A stretch of DNA of 26,291 bases from positions 1 through 26,291 of the forward strand of contig JAZNFU010000272.1 of assembly GCA_045576135.1 (NCBI GenBank), given 5' to 3'. The notes beneath the pieces are model-generated. The model had not been told where the DNA came from. It did no database searches and worked only from the letters and a program-made list of their open reading frames with translations. The translations under genes and the position numbers were made by a program. The stretch comes from Eubacteriales bacterium. Lineage in GTDB: Bacteria > Bacillota > Clostridia > Oscillospirales > CAG-272. This document shows positions 1 to 7,977 of the stretch, piece by piece (within the stretch, counting starts at the first letter, position 1; every line of letters begins with the position of its first letter).

Positions 1-1611
1 GGAAAGAATATGACCGTCCTCGAATACGGCGAGGATATGATAGTAATAGATGCGGGTATGGGCTTTCCCGACGAGGATATGCTCGGCATAGACCTCGTTA
101 TACCCGATATATCCTATCTTGTGAAAAACGCTCACAAGATACGCGGAATACTTATAACACACGGACACGAGGACCACATAGGTGCTATATCCTACGTTCT
201 TGCACAGATAAGCGTACCGATTTACGCAACCAGACTTTCTCTTGGAATTATCGCGGGAAAGCTTGAGGAAAATCCGCCGCCCATTACCCCTGAGCTTTAT
301 ACGGTTGAGGCGGGCGACGTTATAAATCTCGGCGTTTTCCGCGCGGAATTCATACACGTCAACCATTCGATTGCCGACGCTTGCGCGATAGCGGTGAAGA
401 CTCCGCACGGAACGGTTTTCCATACGGGTGACTTCAAGCTTGACGTGTCGCCGCTTGACGGAAAAATTATGGATATCACGAGAATCGGCGAGATAGGCAA
501 GGAGGGTGTAAGGCTTCTTCTTTGTGAGTCCACGAACGCCGAGCGGTCGGGATTTACGCCCTCGGAGCGAACGGTCGGCTCGTCGCTTGAGCGCGTTTTC
601 GCGCAGTATGAAAAGCGCAGAATTATCGTAGCCACCTTCTCGTCGAACATACACCGCGTTCAGCAGATAATAGATTGCAGTATAAAGCACGGCAGGCGCG
701 TTGTCGTTCTCGGAAGAAGTATGGTCAACGTAATAGGTGCGGCATCCGAGCTTGGATATATAAATCTGCCCGAGGGAGTTCTCATAGACGTCAGTGAGAT
801 GAAAAAATACAGACCCGAGGACTTAACGCTGATAACCACGGGAAGCCAGGGAGAGCCTATGTCCGCGCTTTACCGAATAGCCTTTGCCGAGCACGATAAG
901 GTTAAAATTTCGCCGAGCGACGTCGTTCTTTTAAGCTCGAGCGCCATTCCCGGAAACGAGAAGCTGATAGGAAAGATTATAAACGCGCTCGTTAAGTGCG
1001 GTGTAAAGGTTATCAACGATTCGTCAGAGGAAATACACGTTTCGGGCCACGCCTGCAAGGAAGAATTGAAGCTGATGATGGCTCTTACCAAGCCGCAGTA
1101 TCTGATGCCCGTGCACGGTGAATACCGCCACCTTTACGCCAACCGCGATATAGGTGAGTTTATGGGAATACCCGCGCCGAATATATTTATCAGCGAGCCC
1201 GGACGCGTGCTTGAGATAGACGGCGCGGGTGCTAAATTTGCCGAAACCGTGCCCGCGGGAAACGTGCTCGTTGACGGTTCGAGCGTTGGTGATATCGGAA
1301 GCGTCGTGCTTCGCGAAAGACGGCATCTTGCCGAGGACGGACTCGTTATCGTCGTGGCGACCCTTGATTTTTACACGAGGGATATAGCCACGGGGCCGGA
1401 TATCGTTTCGCGCGGCTTCGTATACGTCAAGGAGTCCGAGTCGCTTATGGAAAATGCAAAGGCTATTGCCGAACGCGCTATACGGCGCAGCTTTGGCGGC
1501 AAGCGCGATTACGCTCTTATGAAAAACGCCATAAAAGAGGAGCTTGCCAAATATATTTACGCGCAGACTAAGCGCAGACCTATGATTTTGCCGATAATTA
1601 TGGAGCTTTGA
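1..1611 (+). CDS. rnj: Ribonuclease J (5'-truncated by window edge)
   Basis: Frame is open from base 1 (GKN-MTVLEYGEDMIVIDAG, the usual RNase J N-terminal stretch), so the true start lies upstream. Metallo-beta-lactamase motif THGHEDHIGA, HTGDFK, HVSGHA, PVHGEYRH; C-terminal RRPMILPIIME. Confidence 0.95.
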   Translation, partial: GKNMTVLEYGEDMIVIDAGMGFPDEDMLGIDLVIPDISYLVKNAHKIRGILITHGHEDHIGAISYVLAQISVPIYATRLSLGIIAGKLEENPPPITPELYTVEAGDVINLGVFRAEFIHVNHSIADACAIAVKTPHGTVFHTGDFKLDVSPLDGKIMDITRIGEIGKEGVRLLLCESTNAERSGFTPSERTVGSSLERVFAQYEKRRIIVATFSSNIHRVQQIIDCSIKHGRRVVVLGRSMVNVIGAASELGYINLPEGVLIDVSEMKKYRPEDLTLITTGSQGEPMSALYRIAFAEHDKVKISPSDVVLLSSSAIPGNEKLIGKIINALVKCGVKVINDSSEEIHVSGHACKEELKLMMALTKPQYLMPVHGEYRHLYANRDIGEFMGIPAPNIFISEPGRVLEIDGAGAKFAETVPAGNVLVDGSSVGDIGSVVLRERRHLAEDGLVIVVATLDFYTRDIATGPDIVSRGFVYVKESESLMENAKAIAERAIRRSFGGKRDYALMKNAIKEELAKYIYAQTKRRPMILPIIMEL

Positions 1612-1790
1612 GAAGCTGCCCCGAAGGCGCGAAAGCGTTAAAATTCATCGCCGAAGGCTTGCTTGCCGAAGCCGCGTCTTCGCTTTTGAAAACGGTGATG
1701 GGCGAGCGGGGAATTTCCGAAAGCGTTTGGTAAAGGTCGGGTTTTGCAAACGATGATTGTCAAAAGATGTGCTTGATGGAGGTGAGAGGC

Positions 1791-2441
1791 GTGGTATATA
1801 CCGCCGTTTCGTATATAGAAGCTTTGCCGAGCGAGCCGTTTATGCCCGCCGACGCCGCGGCAAGAGAACGAATTTGCGAGGCAAGGAGTGCCAAGCTTCG
1901 CGAAAGCCGCGCTTGCGCTTATAATCTATTGGAGCGCGCGTATACCGATATTTTCACCTCCCCGATGCCACCGCTTTTGTTTGACAGCCACGGTAAGCCG
2001 TCGCTCGACGGTGGCAAAATCAAAATCAGCATCAGTCACACCGAGGGTGTTTGTGCCGTCGCGTTCGCAGATGGCGAGGTCGGAGTAGACGTTCAAAGCT
2101 GCGAAAAAATGCTTGGAAAAGAGCGGGTTTTGCAAAGATTTGTAAATGATAATTTGCAAAAGCTTATAAAAAACGCAAAAAAGTGCGAGGTCGAGCATCT
2201 TTTTTATAAGACTTTTAAAGAGGGGATTCTGCCGATGGGTGACGCCGGGCGCAGCTTCATCGACTGTGAAAAAGAGGATAGCAAGCAAAAAGAGGCTGCT
2301 GCCTTGTGGTCCTCTCTTGAAGCCGTTTTAAAATGTCGGGGCGGCTTTTGCGCTTATAAAAACGCCGAGGAGCTTTTGCGCGCGTGTAGGATTGATACCC
2401 GTTATCTTTGCGGCGCGGCTCTTTCGGTTGCTTTGATATAA
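1791..2441 (+). CDS. Sfp-type 4'-phosphopantetheinyl transferase family protein (degenerate motifs)
   Basis: GKP, ISISH, GVDVQ and WSSLEAVLKCRG resemble Sfp motifs GKP / FSxSH / GxDxE / WxxKEAxxKxxG. GTG at 1791 chosen for GGAGGTG RBS at 1778-1784 (ORF track starts at 1767). Confidence 0.7.
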   Translation: MVYTAVSYIEALPSEPFMPADAAARERICEARSAKLRESRACAYNLLERAYTDIFTSPMPPLLFDSHGKPSLDGGKIKISISHTEGVCAVAFADGEVGVDVQSCEKMLGKERVLQRFVNDNLQKLIKNAKKCEVEHLFYKTFKEGILPMGDAGRSFIDCEKEDSKQKEAAALWSSLEAVLKCRGGFCAYKNAEELLRACRIDTRYLCGAALSVALI

Positions 2442-2464
2442 GAATAATTTACGTAAAAATTAAA

Positions 2465-2506
2465 GGCTGCAGGGCGGGGTGTTTGGCTCCCTCTTGCAGC
2501 CGTTTT
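2465..2506. terminator. Probable intrinsic terminator between convergent PPTase and AraC genes
   Basis: GGCTGCA (2465-2471) / TGCAGCC (2495-2501) stem with inner G-rich/C-rich pairing, followed by GTTTT and preceded by AAA. Confidence 0.6.
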
Positions 2507-2516
2507 ATTATCATTT

Positions 2517-3275
2517 TTATTGTTGGAGAGCATTTTTCCACCTGCTCGGCGGGATGCCGCAGACCTCTTTAAAAACCTTACTGAAGTAATATACGTCGCA
2601 AAAGCCGCTCCGCAATGCCGCCTCGTTTACCGTGATGCTCCCCGTTTCGAGCAAGCCCTTGGCGTAGGTTATTCTTTTCGTAACTATATATTTGTTTGGA
2701 GTCGTGCCGTAGTGTGCCCTGAAAAGATCGGTGAATCGCCGCGAGGAAAGTCCGCTTTGCTCCGTGGACAAACGAAGGCAATCCGCTTTTTGAAAATTGA
2801 TATCAATATACGTTTTGGCTTGCGAAATTCGCGAGTCGGTCGGAAAATAAGTGCGTCGGCGAATGCCGGATATAACCGAGCAAATTTTATAGACGACCGA
2901 CAAAAGCGAGAGGTCGCCCTCCCCCGAAAGCTTGCTTTTCATTTCAGCCTTTTGCAAAAGTGAGATTAGCTCGTCCGGGTTTTCTATCGGTATACAGAAG
3001 CTATCCGTGTCGATATCAGCAAACGTCGTGAAGTGAACCGAAAACGCCTCGCCCGGCTCAATTACCTCGACGTGATAGTCGTCGCGCATATTGAAAAAAT
3101 ATATACAGCTTTGCGAGAGTGTGAAGCTCTTATATCCGAGCTCGTGAAAAGCCGAGCCGGAAAGCTTTATTCCTATTATATGAAATTTTCTGTTTTTTGC
3201 ATCCCAACGCTTTAAATCCGCATCGAAATGAAGAACCGTGCAAACGTCCTTTATTCTTAAATTCTCAAAATCCAT
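2517..3275 (-). CDS. AraC-family transcriptional regulator
   Basis: C-terminal AraC double HTH (LSSRRFTDLFRAHYGTTPNKYI...AKGLL...ALRSGFCDVYYFSKVFKEVCGIPPSRWK), cupin-like N-terminus, AGGAGG RBS. Confidence 0.92.
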   Translation of the reverse strand: MDFENLRIKDVCTVLHFDADLKRWDAKNRKFHIIGIKLSGSAFHELGYKSFTLSQSCIYFFNMRDDYHVEVIEPGEAFSVHFTTFADIDTDSFCIPIENPDELISLLQKAEMKSKLSGEGDLSLLSVVYKICSVISGIRRRTYFPTDSRISQAKTYIDINFQKADCLRLSTEQSGLSSRRFTDLFRAHYGTTPNKYIVTKRITYAKGLLETGSITVNEAALRSGFCDVYYFSKVFKEVCGIPPSRWKNALQQ

Positions 3276-3315
3276 AGCTTCCTCCTTTGAAAAAAGCGGT
3301 GATTTTTACAATATT

Positions 3316-3344
3316 ATTGTACAACAATAAAAAGCTCTTGTAAA
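3316..3344 (-). promoter_or_regulatory. Putative sigmaA promoter of the AraC gene
   Basis: Minus strand TTTACA-N17-TACAAT. Confidence 0.5.
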
Positions 3345-3440
3345 TATAAATTTCCGTATTTTACAAATTTTCTTTCTTTTACATTGAATTTCGAGTGAAA
3401 GAGAATATACTAAAAGAAAGTGCTTTTTTGGAGGAAGATT

Positions 3441-5684
3441 ATGTTTGATAAATTAAGGGAGGAGCTGTATTCCTTTTATCTTCGGGGGGACGAGGAGCGC
3501 TCGCGGAGCTTTGCCGAGCGATGCTTCGCCATTATGGACTCGCGCTACCGTGAGGGGATGAGCGTAGTCGAGCAAAAGCTGCTACAGTACGACGTAATAA
3601 CCGAGGAGTTTGAGCCGATTTTGTTTCCGCACGCGCCGTATTTTTACGAAACGGGATTTTTGACCTCTCTTTCCGACGGAGCGAGGGAGGCGAAGGGCTT
3701 CGGCTTCGCGCAGGCGAACGGTTGGGTCTTTTATAAAAACGAGCATCTGTTTCGCGACCGGGATCCGAAGCTTTACGAGCGGAAGCTTGCACAGGCGGAG
3801 GAAAACCTATACCTTATATGCGGTGCTTATAACGACACGCATCAGCACTTTAATTTTAATTGCCGTCCGTTTTTGGAAATCGGCGCGTGCGGCGTTTACC
3901 GTAGGGCAAAGGCGGAGCTTGAAAACGCCGAAAACGAAGAAGAAAGAGAGTTTCTTTCAGCTGTCTGCTACGGTATGGAAAGCTTGCGCCGTATGGCAAA
4001 GAAGTTTTCCGAAAAAGCCGAGCAAATGCTCACGCGGGAGCTTGATGCCGAGGAAAGAGAAAATCTTACGCTGATTGCCAAAACCGCAGCCGAGCTTCCT
4101 TGGCGCGCACCGGAAAGCTTTTACGAGGCGCTTGCCACGCTTGCGTTTTTGCGTACGGCGTTCGGCTCGCTTGAGGGTGTCGGACCGAATACCTTCGGCA
4201 GACTTGATTTTGACCTGATTCGCTTTTACAAGAGCGATATAGAGCGCGGGGCAATAACGCCTGCGGACGCATACCGTCTTATCTGTCAGTTTTTGCTTAT
4301 TTGGGATTGCCACTACGACCACGATATGCTGATGACGGGGTATGCCGACCACGAGCTTGAAAACACTTATACGCTCGGTGGCTGTGACGAGCGCGGCGAG
4401 CCTCTTTACAACGAGCTTACCGAGATGTTTTTGCGCGCTACGCGTGAGCAGAAAATAATTTTCCCCAAGATAAAATGCCGCTTTTCGAAAAATTCGCCGA
4501 AGGAATATCTCGACGCCGTCACCTCCCCGATAATAAAGGGGACGAGCACCGTTCTTTTGCAAAACGACGACGCAACGATACCCGCGCTCGTGCGCGCGGG
4601 ACGTCCGCTATGCGAGGCGCGCGACTATTATATAGCGGGCTGTTGGGACCTCGTGGGCATAAACGAAAAGGCTGACAGAGGAAGCTATCTGAACCTGTTG
4701 AAGTCGATGGAGCTTGCCTTGCACGGAAAGACCGACGTGATGGAGAAGGTGGGGATAACCTTTTTGGGATACGATAATTGTCGGGATTTTGAGGATTTTT
4801 ATAACGTTACTTTACAAAATTCGGAAAAATTGCTCCGCGAAAAGCTTGACGTGGCTCGCGCGGGCGGACAAATATTTCACAAGGTTGATAGGTTCCCGAT
4901 ATTCTCATCGACTCTCGGCGACTGTATAGAAAGCCGTGCCGATTTCACGATGGGCGGCGGTAGATACCGTGACGACTATCAGCTCGTATTCGGCTTTCCG
5001 AACATCGTAGACTCACTGCTCGCCGTGAAAACGCTCGTCTTTGATAAGCAGCTTTACACCCTTGACGAGCTTCTTCGCGCGGTGCGCGCGAACTGGGTGG
5101 GATACGAGGATATGCGTATGCGCGCCGTCGGCTGTGCGGGGTGGGGTGACGGAAGTGCCGAATCCTGCGAGCTTGCCAACCGATTTAACAGCGACCTTTA
5201 TAAAATTTGTTCGGGGTGCGTCGGTACCTACGGAGGCCGCGTGCATTTGGGATATCTTACCTATACCGAGATAAGATGGTGGGGAGAGCGAACCTTGGCG
5301 ACACCCGACGGACGCCGAGCGGGAGAGTGTTTTGCCCAGGGGTTAACTCCGTCGCGCCTAAAGCGCATACCCTGCGTCAACGACGTTATAAACAGCCTTG
5401 CGACGCTTGACGGCTCTCTTATGGCTGCCAATTCGGTGGTGAATATAATTTTGCCGTCGGGTATTTCCAAGGAGCGTGCGGAGTGGTTCTTGCGTGCCGC
5501 CGCATCGAGTGCAATACAGTCCTTACAGCTGAACTGTACGACGAGGGAGGAGCTTTTGGACGCCAAGGCTCACCCTGAAAAATATCCCGACCTTATCGTC
5601 AGGGTGACGGGCTTTTCGGCTAAATTTACGAGTCTTTCGCCGGGGTGGCAGGACGAGGTAATTTCGAGGAATTTTTATGAGTGA
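3441..5684 (+). CDS. Glycyl radical enzyme (PFL-like superfamily), substrate unknown
   Basis: C-terminal glycyl radical motif HPEKYPDLIVRVTGFSAKF, Cys loop IAGCWD, ATPDGRRAGE motif. ATG 3441 follows GGAGG RBS (ORF track starts at 3420). Confidence 0.92.
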   Translation: MFDKLREELYSFYLRGDEERSRSFAERCFAIMDSRYREGMSVVEQKLLQYDVITEEFEPILFPHAPYFYETGFLTSLSDGAREAKGFGFAQANGWVFYKNEHLFRDRDPKLYERKLAQAEENLYLICGAYNDTHQHFNFNCRPFLEIGACGVYRRAKAELENAENEEEREFLSAVCYGMESLRRMAKKFSEKAEQMLTRELDAEERENLTLIAKTAAELPWRAPESFYEALATLAFLRTAFGSLEGVGPNTFGRLDFDLIRFYKSDIERGAITPADAYRLICQFLLIWDCHYDHDMLMTGYADHELENTYTLGGCDERGEPLYNELTEMFLRATREQKIIFPKIKCRFSKNSPKEYLDAVTSPIIKGTSTVLLQNDDATIPALVRAGRPLCEARDYYIAGCWDLVGINEKADRGSYLNLLKSMELALHGKTDVMEKVGITFLGYDNCRDFEDFYNVTLQNSEKLLREKLDVARAGGQIFHKVDRFPIFSSTLGDCIESRADFTMGGGRYRDDYQLVFGFPNIVDSLLAVKTLVFDKQLYTLDELLRAVRANWVGYEDMRMRAVGCAGWGDGSAESCELANRFNSDLYKICSGCVGTYGGRVHLGYLTYTEIRWWGERTLATPDGRRAGECFAQGLTPSRLKRIPCVNDVINSLATLDGSLMAANSVVNIILPSGISKERAEWFLRAAASSAIQSLQLNCTTREELLDAKAHPEKYPDLIVRVTGFSAKFTSLSPGWQDEVISRNFYE

Positions 5685-6528
5685 TTTAAAGGCTACCGTA
5701 TTCGATATAGAGCGTAATTCCTTCGTCGACGGACCGGGTATTCGTACGACCGTGTTTTTTAAGGGGTGCAATCTTTCTTGCGCCTGGTGCCACAATCCTG
5801 AAAGTCGGAATAAAGCCCCTGAGCTGATGCTCTATAAAGATAAATGCACGGGGTGCGGTGCCTGTCGCGCGGTGTGTAAAAATGGCGAAGCCGACTGTAC
5901 GCGATGTGCCCTCTGTGCCGCCGTCTGTAAAAGCGGAGCGAGGATTTTGTGCGGCAGAGAATACACGGTGGGTGAGCTTATGCGCGAATGTATAAAGGAT
6001 GAAATTTTCTTTCGTGCGTCGGGGGGCGGCGTGAGCTTTTCGGGTGGTGAATGTATGCTCCAAATCGACTTTCTTGAACAAATGCTCAAGGAGTGCCAAA
6101 GCCGCGATATTCACACCGCGGTGGATACAGCCGGTGCCGTACCCTTTTCATACTTCGAGCGAATTATACCCTACACCGACCTTTTTCTTTACGATATAAA
6201 ATGTATGGACAGAGAAATACATAAGCGGTACACCGGTGTTTCAAACGAGTTGATTTTGGAGAATTTGCGCAAGCTTATCGCGCGTAATGTAAATATAACT
6301 TTGCGAATTCCTATCATTTTGGGCGTGAACGATAGGATGGAGGAGATGTTAGCCGTGAAGAATTTTTTATTCGAGTCCCGCAAAAAAATAAAGGTGGAAT
6401 TGCTTCCGTATCATTCTATGGGCGAGTATAAATATTCTGCGCTCGGCAGGGCGGTGCCCGCCTTTTGCGCTCCCGCCGATGAGAAAATGCGCGAGCTGAG
6501 AGCCGTTTTTGACGCGTGCGGCGGCTGA
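5677..6528 (+). CDS. Glycyl radical enzyme activating enzyme (radical SAM, ferredoxin-like insert)
   Basis: DGPGIRTTVFFKGCNLSCAWCHNPES (CxxxCxxC), two CxxCxxCxxxC motifs, GGVSFSGGEC; overlaps the GRE stop by 8 bp (translational coupling). Confidence 0.95.
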   Translation: MSDLKATVFDIERNSFVDGPGIRTTVFFKGCNLSCAWCHNPESRNKAPELMLYKDKCTGCGACRAVCKNGEADCTRCALCAAVCKSGARILCGREYTVGELMRECIKDEIFFRASGGGVSFSGGECMLQIDFLEQMLKECQSRDIHTAVDTAGAVPFSYFERIIPYTDLFLYDIKCMDREIHKRYTGVSNELILENLRKLIARNVNITLRIPIILGVNDRMEEMLAVKNFLFESRKKIKVELLPYHSMGEYKYSALGRAVPAFCAPADEKMRELRAVFDACGG

Positions 6529-6614
6529 TTTTGCCGCTGTGGAAGGTGCGCGGTTTTTGAAAAAAGGAATTGCTGCCATATCAAAAGGGGCGAGGGGATT
6601 TGCTCAGCCTCCGC

Positions 6615-6709
6615 GGTTGTGGAAAACTCGGCTAAGCTTGCTTTTTTCCGTGGCGCACGATAGGGAGCTGCTTTGCTTTTGGGGTTGTGGAAAACTCGGT
6701 TAAGATTGC
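6615..6709 (+). repeat. Two 27-bp direct repeats, each containing a consensus DnaA box
   Basis: GGTTGTGGAAAACTCGGCTAAGCTTGC (6615-6641) and GGTTGTGGAAAACTCGGTTAAGATTGC (6683-6709), 25/27 identical. TGTGGAAAA is the reverse complement of TTTTCCACA, matching TTWTNCACA. Confidence 0.7.
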
Positions 6710-6966
6710 GGTTTTTTCTGTGATTTATCGGTTCGTTTTGTACCTTTGCTTGTCCGAGAGATGTGACAGTATGCCCCACGAAAAAGTACAAAATGTCCCG
6801 GAATAATAAAGAGATAGTATAATAAACATACATATATGTATATATACCATATAGCGCACGCGCGCGAAGAAAAAACGATTGAAAAAACGAGAGTTGATAA
6901 GTCGGTACTAACCTTGCGGGTCGGTATTACCAATCAATTCTCGTTTCTTTTTCGATTATTAATTCT

Positions 6967-7542
6967 TTATTTGATTATTGATGAATTTATGAAGGAAAGA
7001 AGCTCCGGCATAAGCAGAGTCAGTCCCACGAATATTATCACGAACATAAATGAAAATACCGCGGTTTTAATCAGCGAGGACGAGTAGTTTTGCTCGATAT
7101 CGCGCGCCTCGGAGAGCCTTTGGGGATTTACGTAAAATCTCGCGACGGCAAAGTCGGGCGTATCTGGGGCCATCTTCTTCTTTTCTTTTTTGAGCTTTTT
7201 CGAAAGGGCGATATATTCCTCGTAGGTGTATTCGACCTCACCCACTCTTTTTACGATTTTCGAAAGCCGCGTATCGTGCGAAAGCGCCCACTTGACAGAG
7301 CGGGACTTGTCAATGCCAAGCTCACCGAGAGTCTTCGCGCTCTGCTCGTCAAGAGCTTCGTGGCGGAAAAGCTTTTTAACCGCGAGGAGCATATAGCCTC
7401 TGTGCCAGTCTATGACGAAGAATGAAATGCAAAGACCGACGAGCACGATAAGTAAAAATTTTGAAATTTCGAAATCAACGCCTATATTTTCGTAATCCGA
7501 AAGATTCAGCGACAGATAATCGTTAATATATTTTTTAATCAT
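6967..7542 (-). CDS. Hypothetical membrane protein (two predicted TM segments)
   Basis: 191-aa ORF with hydrophobic segments near both ends (FLLIVLVGLCISFFVI; TAVFSFMFVIIFVGLTLLM) around a charged soluble region; AAGGA upstream. Confidence 0.75.
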   Translation of the reverse strand: MIKKYINDYLSLNLSDYENIGVDFEISKFLLIVLVGLCISFFVIDWHRGYMLLAVKKLFRHEALDEQSAKTLGELGIDKSRSVKWALSHDTRLSKIVKRVGEVEYTYEEYIALSKKLKKEKKKMAPDTPDFAVARFYVNPQRLSEARDIEQNYSSSLIKTAVFSFMFVIIFVGLTLLMPELLSFINSSIIK

Positions 7543-7818
7543 AAAAATTCCTTTTGAAGTGTTTTCTGAAATTCCCGGTGCGGTGGTGTCGCGGACGCCG
7601 TCACGGCTTTGCGTCCCAAAATAATAATATAATAAACGCCGCGCTTTTTCAATAGCAAAAATTCAAAGTTTACAAGTGCGATTACAATTATTTAAAATAC
7701 TTTAACAAATTCGTATTCACACGCCCGAGCGGCGAAGCCGAAAACGCACCGAGGGAGGCTTGGCTTATCGCGCGAGCGTCAGCGAATCGCGCCGCATTAA
7801 CCGAATGGAGATTTTTTG

Positions 7819-7845
7819 TTAGCACTCTTTTGCGTAGAGTGCTAA
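7819..7845. promoter_or_regulatory. CIRCE element (HrcA operator) upstream of clpB
   Basis: Perfect TTAGCACTC-TTTTGCGTA-GAGTGCTAA (9-9-9). Confidence 0.95.
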
Positions 7846-7977
7846 TGTTTACGAAAAGTTCATAAAATGTGGTTAGTTTATTAACAAAAAGCGGGTAAAC
7901 TATAAGCAGAAAGGGGTGCGCGGTGCGAATTTTGGCGACTCTTGCCACACCGCCGCACGAACGTGAGGAGGGTTTAT

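Noticed and set aside
3384-3411. GRE promoter TTGAAT-N16-TATACT
   Set aside because: Plausible for an activator-dependent promoter but too weak to call in AT-rich DNA.
7713-7886. Extra 8/9 DnaA-box matches (7713-7721, 7878-7886)
   Set aside because: Single-mismatch matches are expected by chance in AT-rich intergenic sequence.
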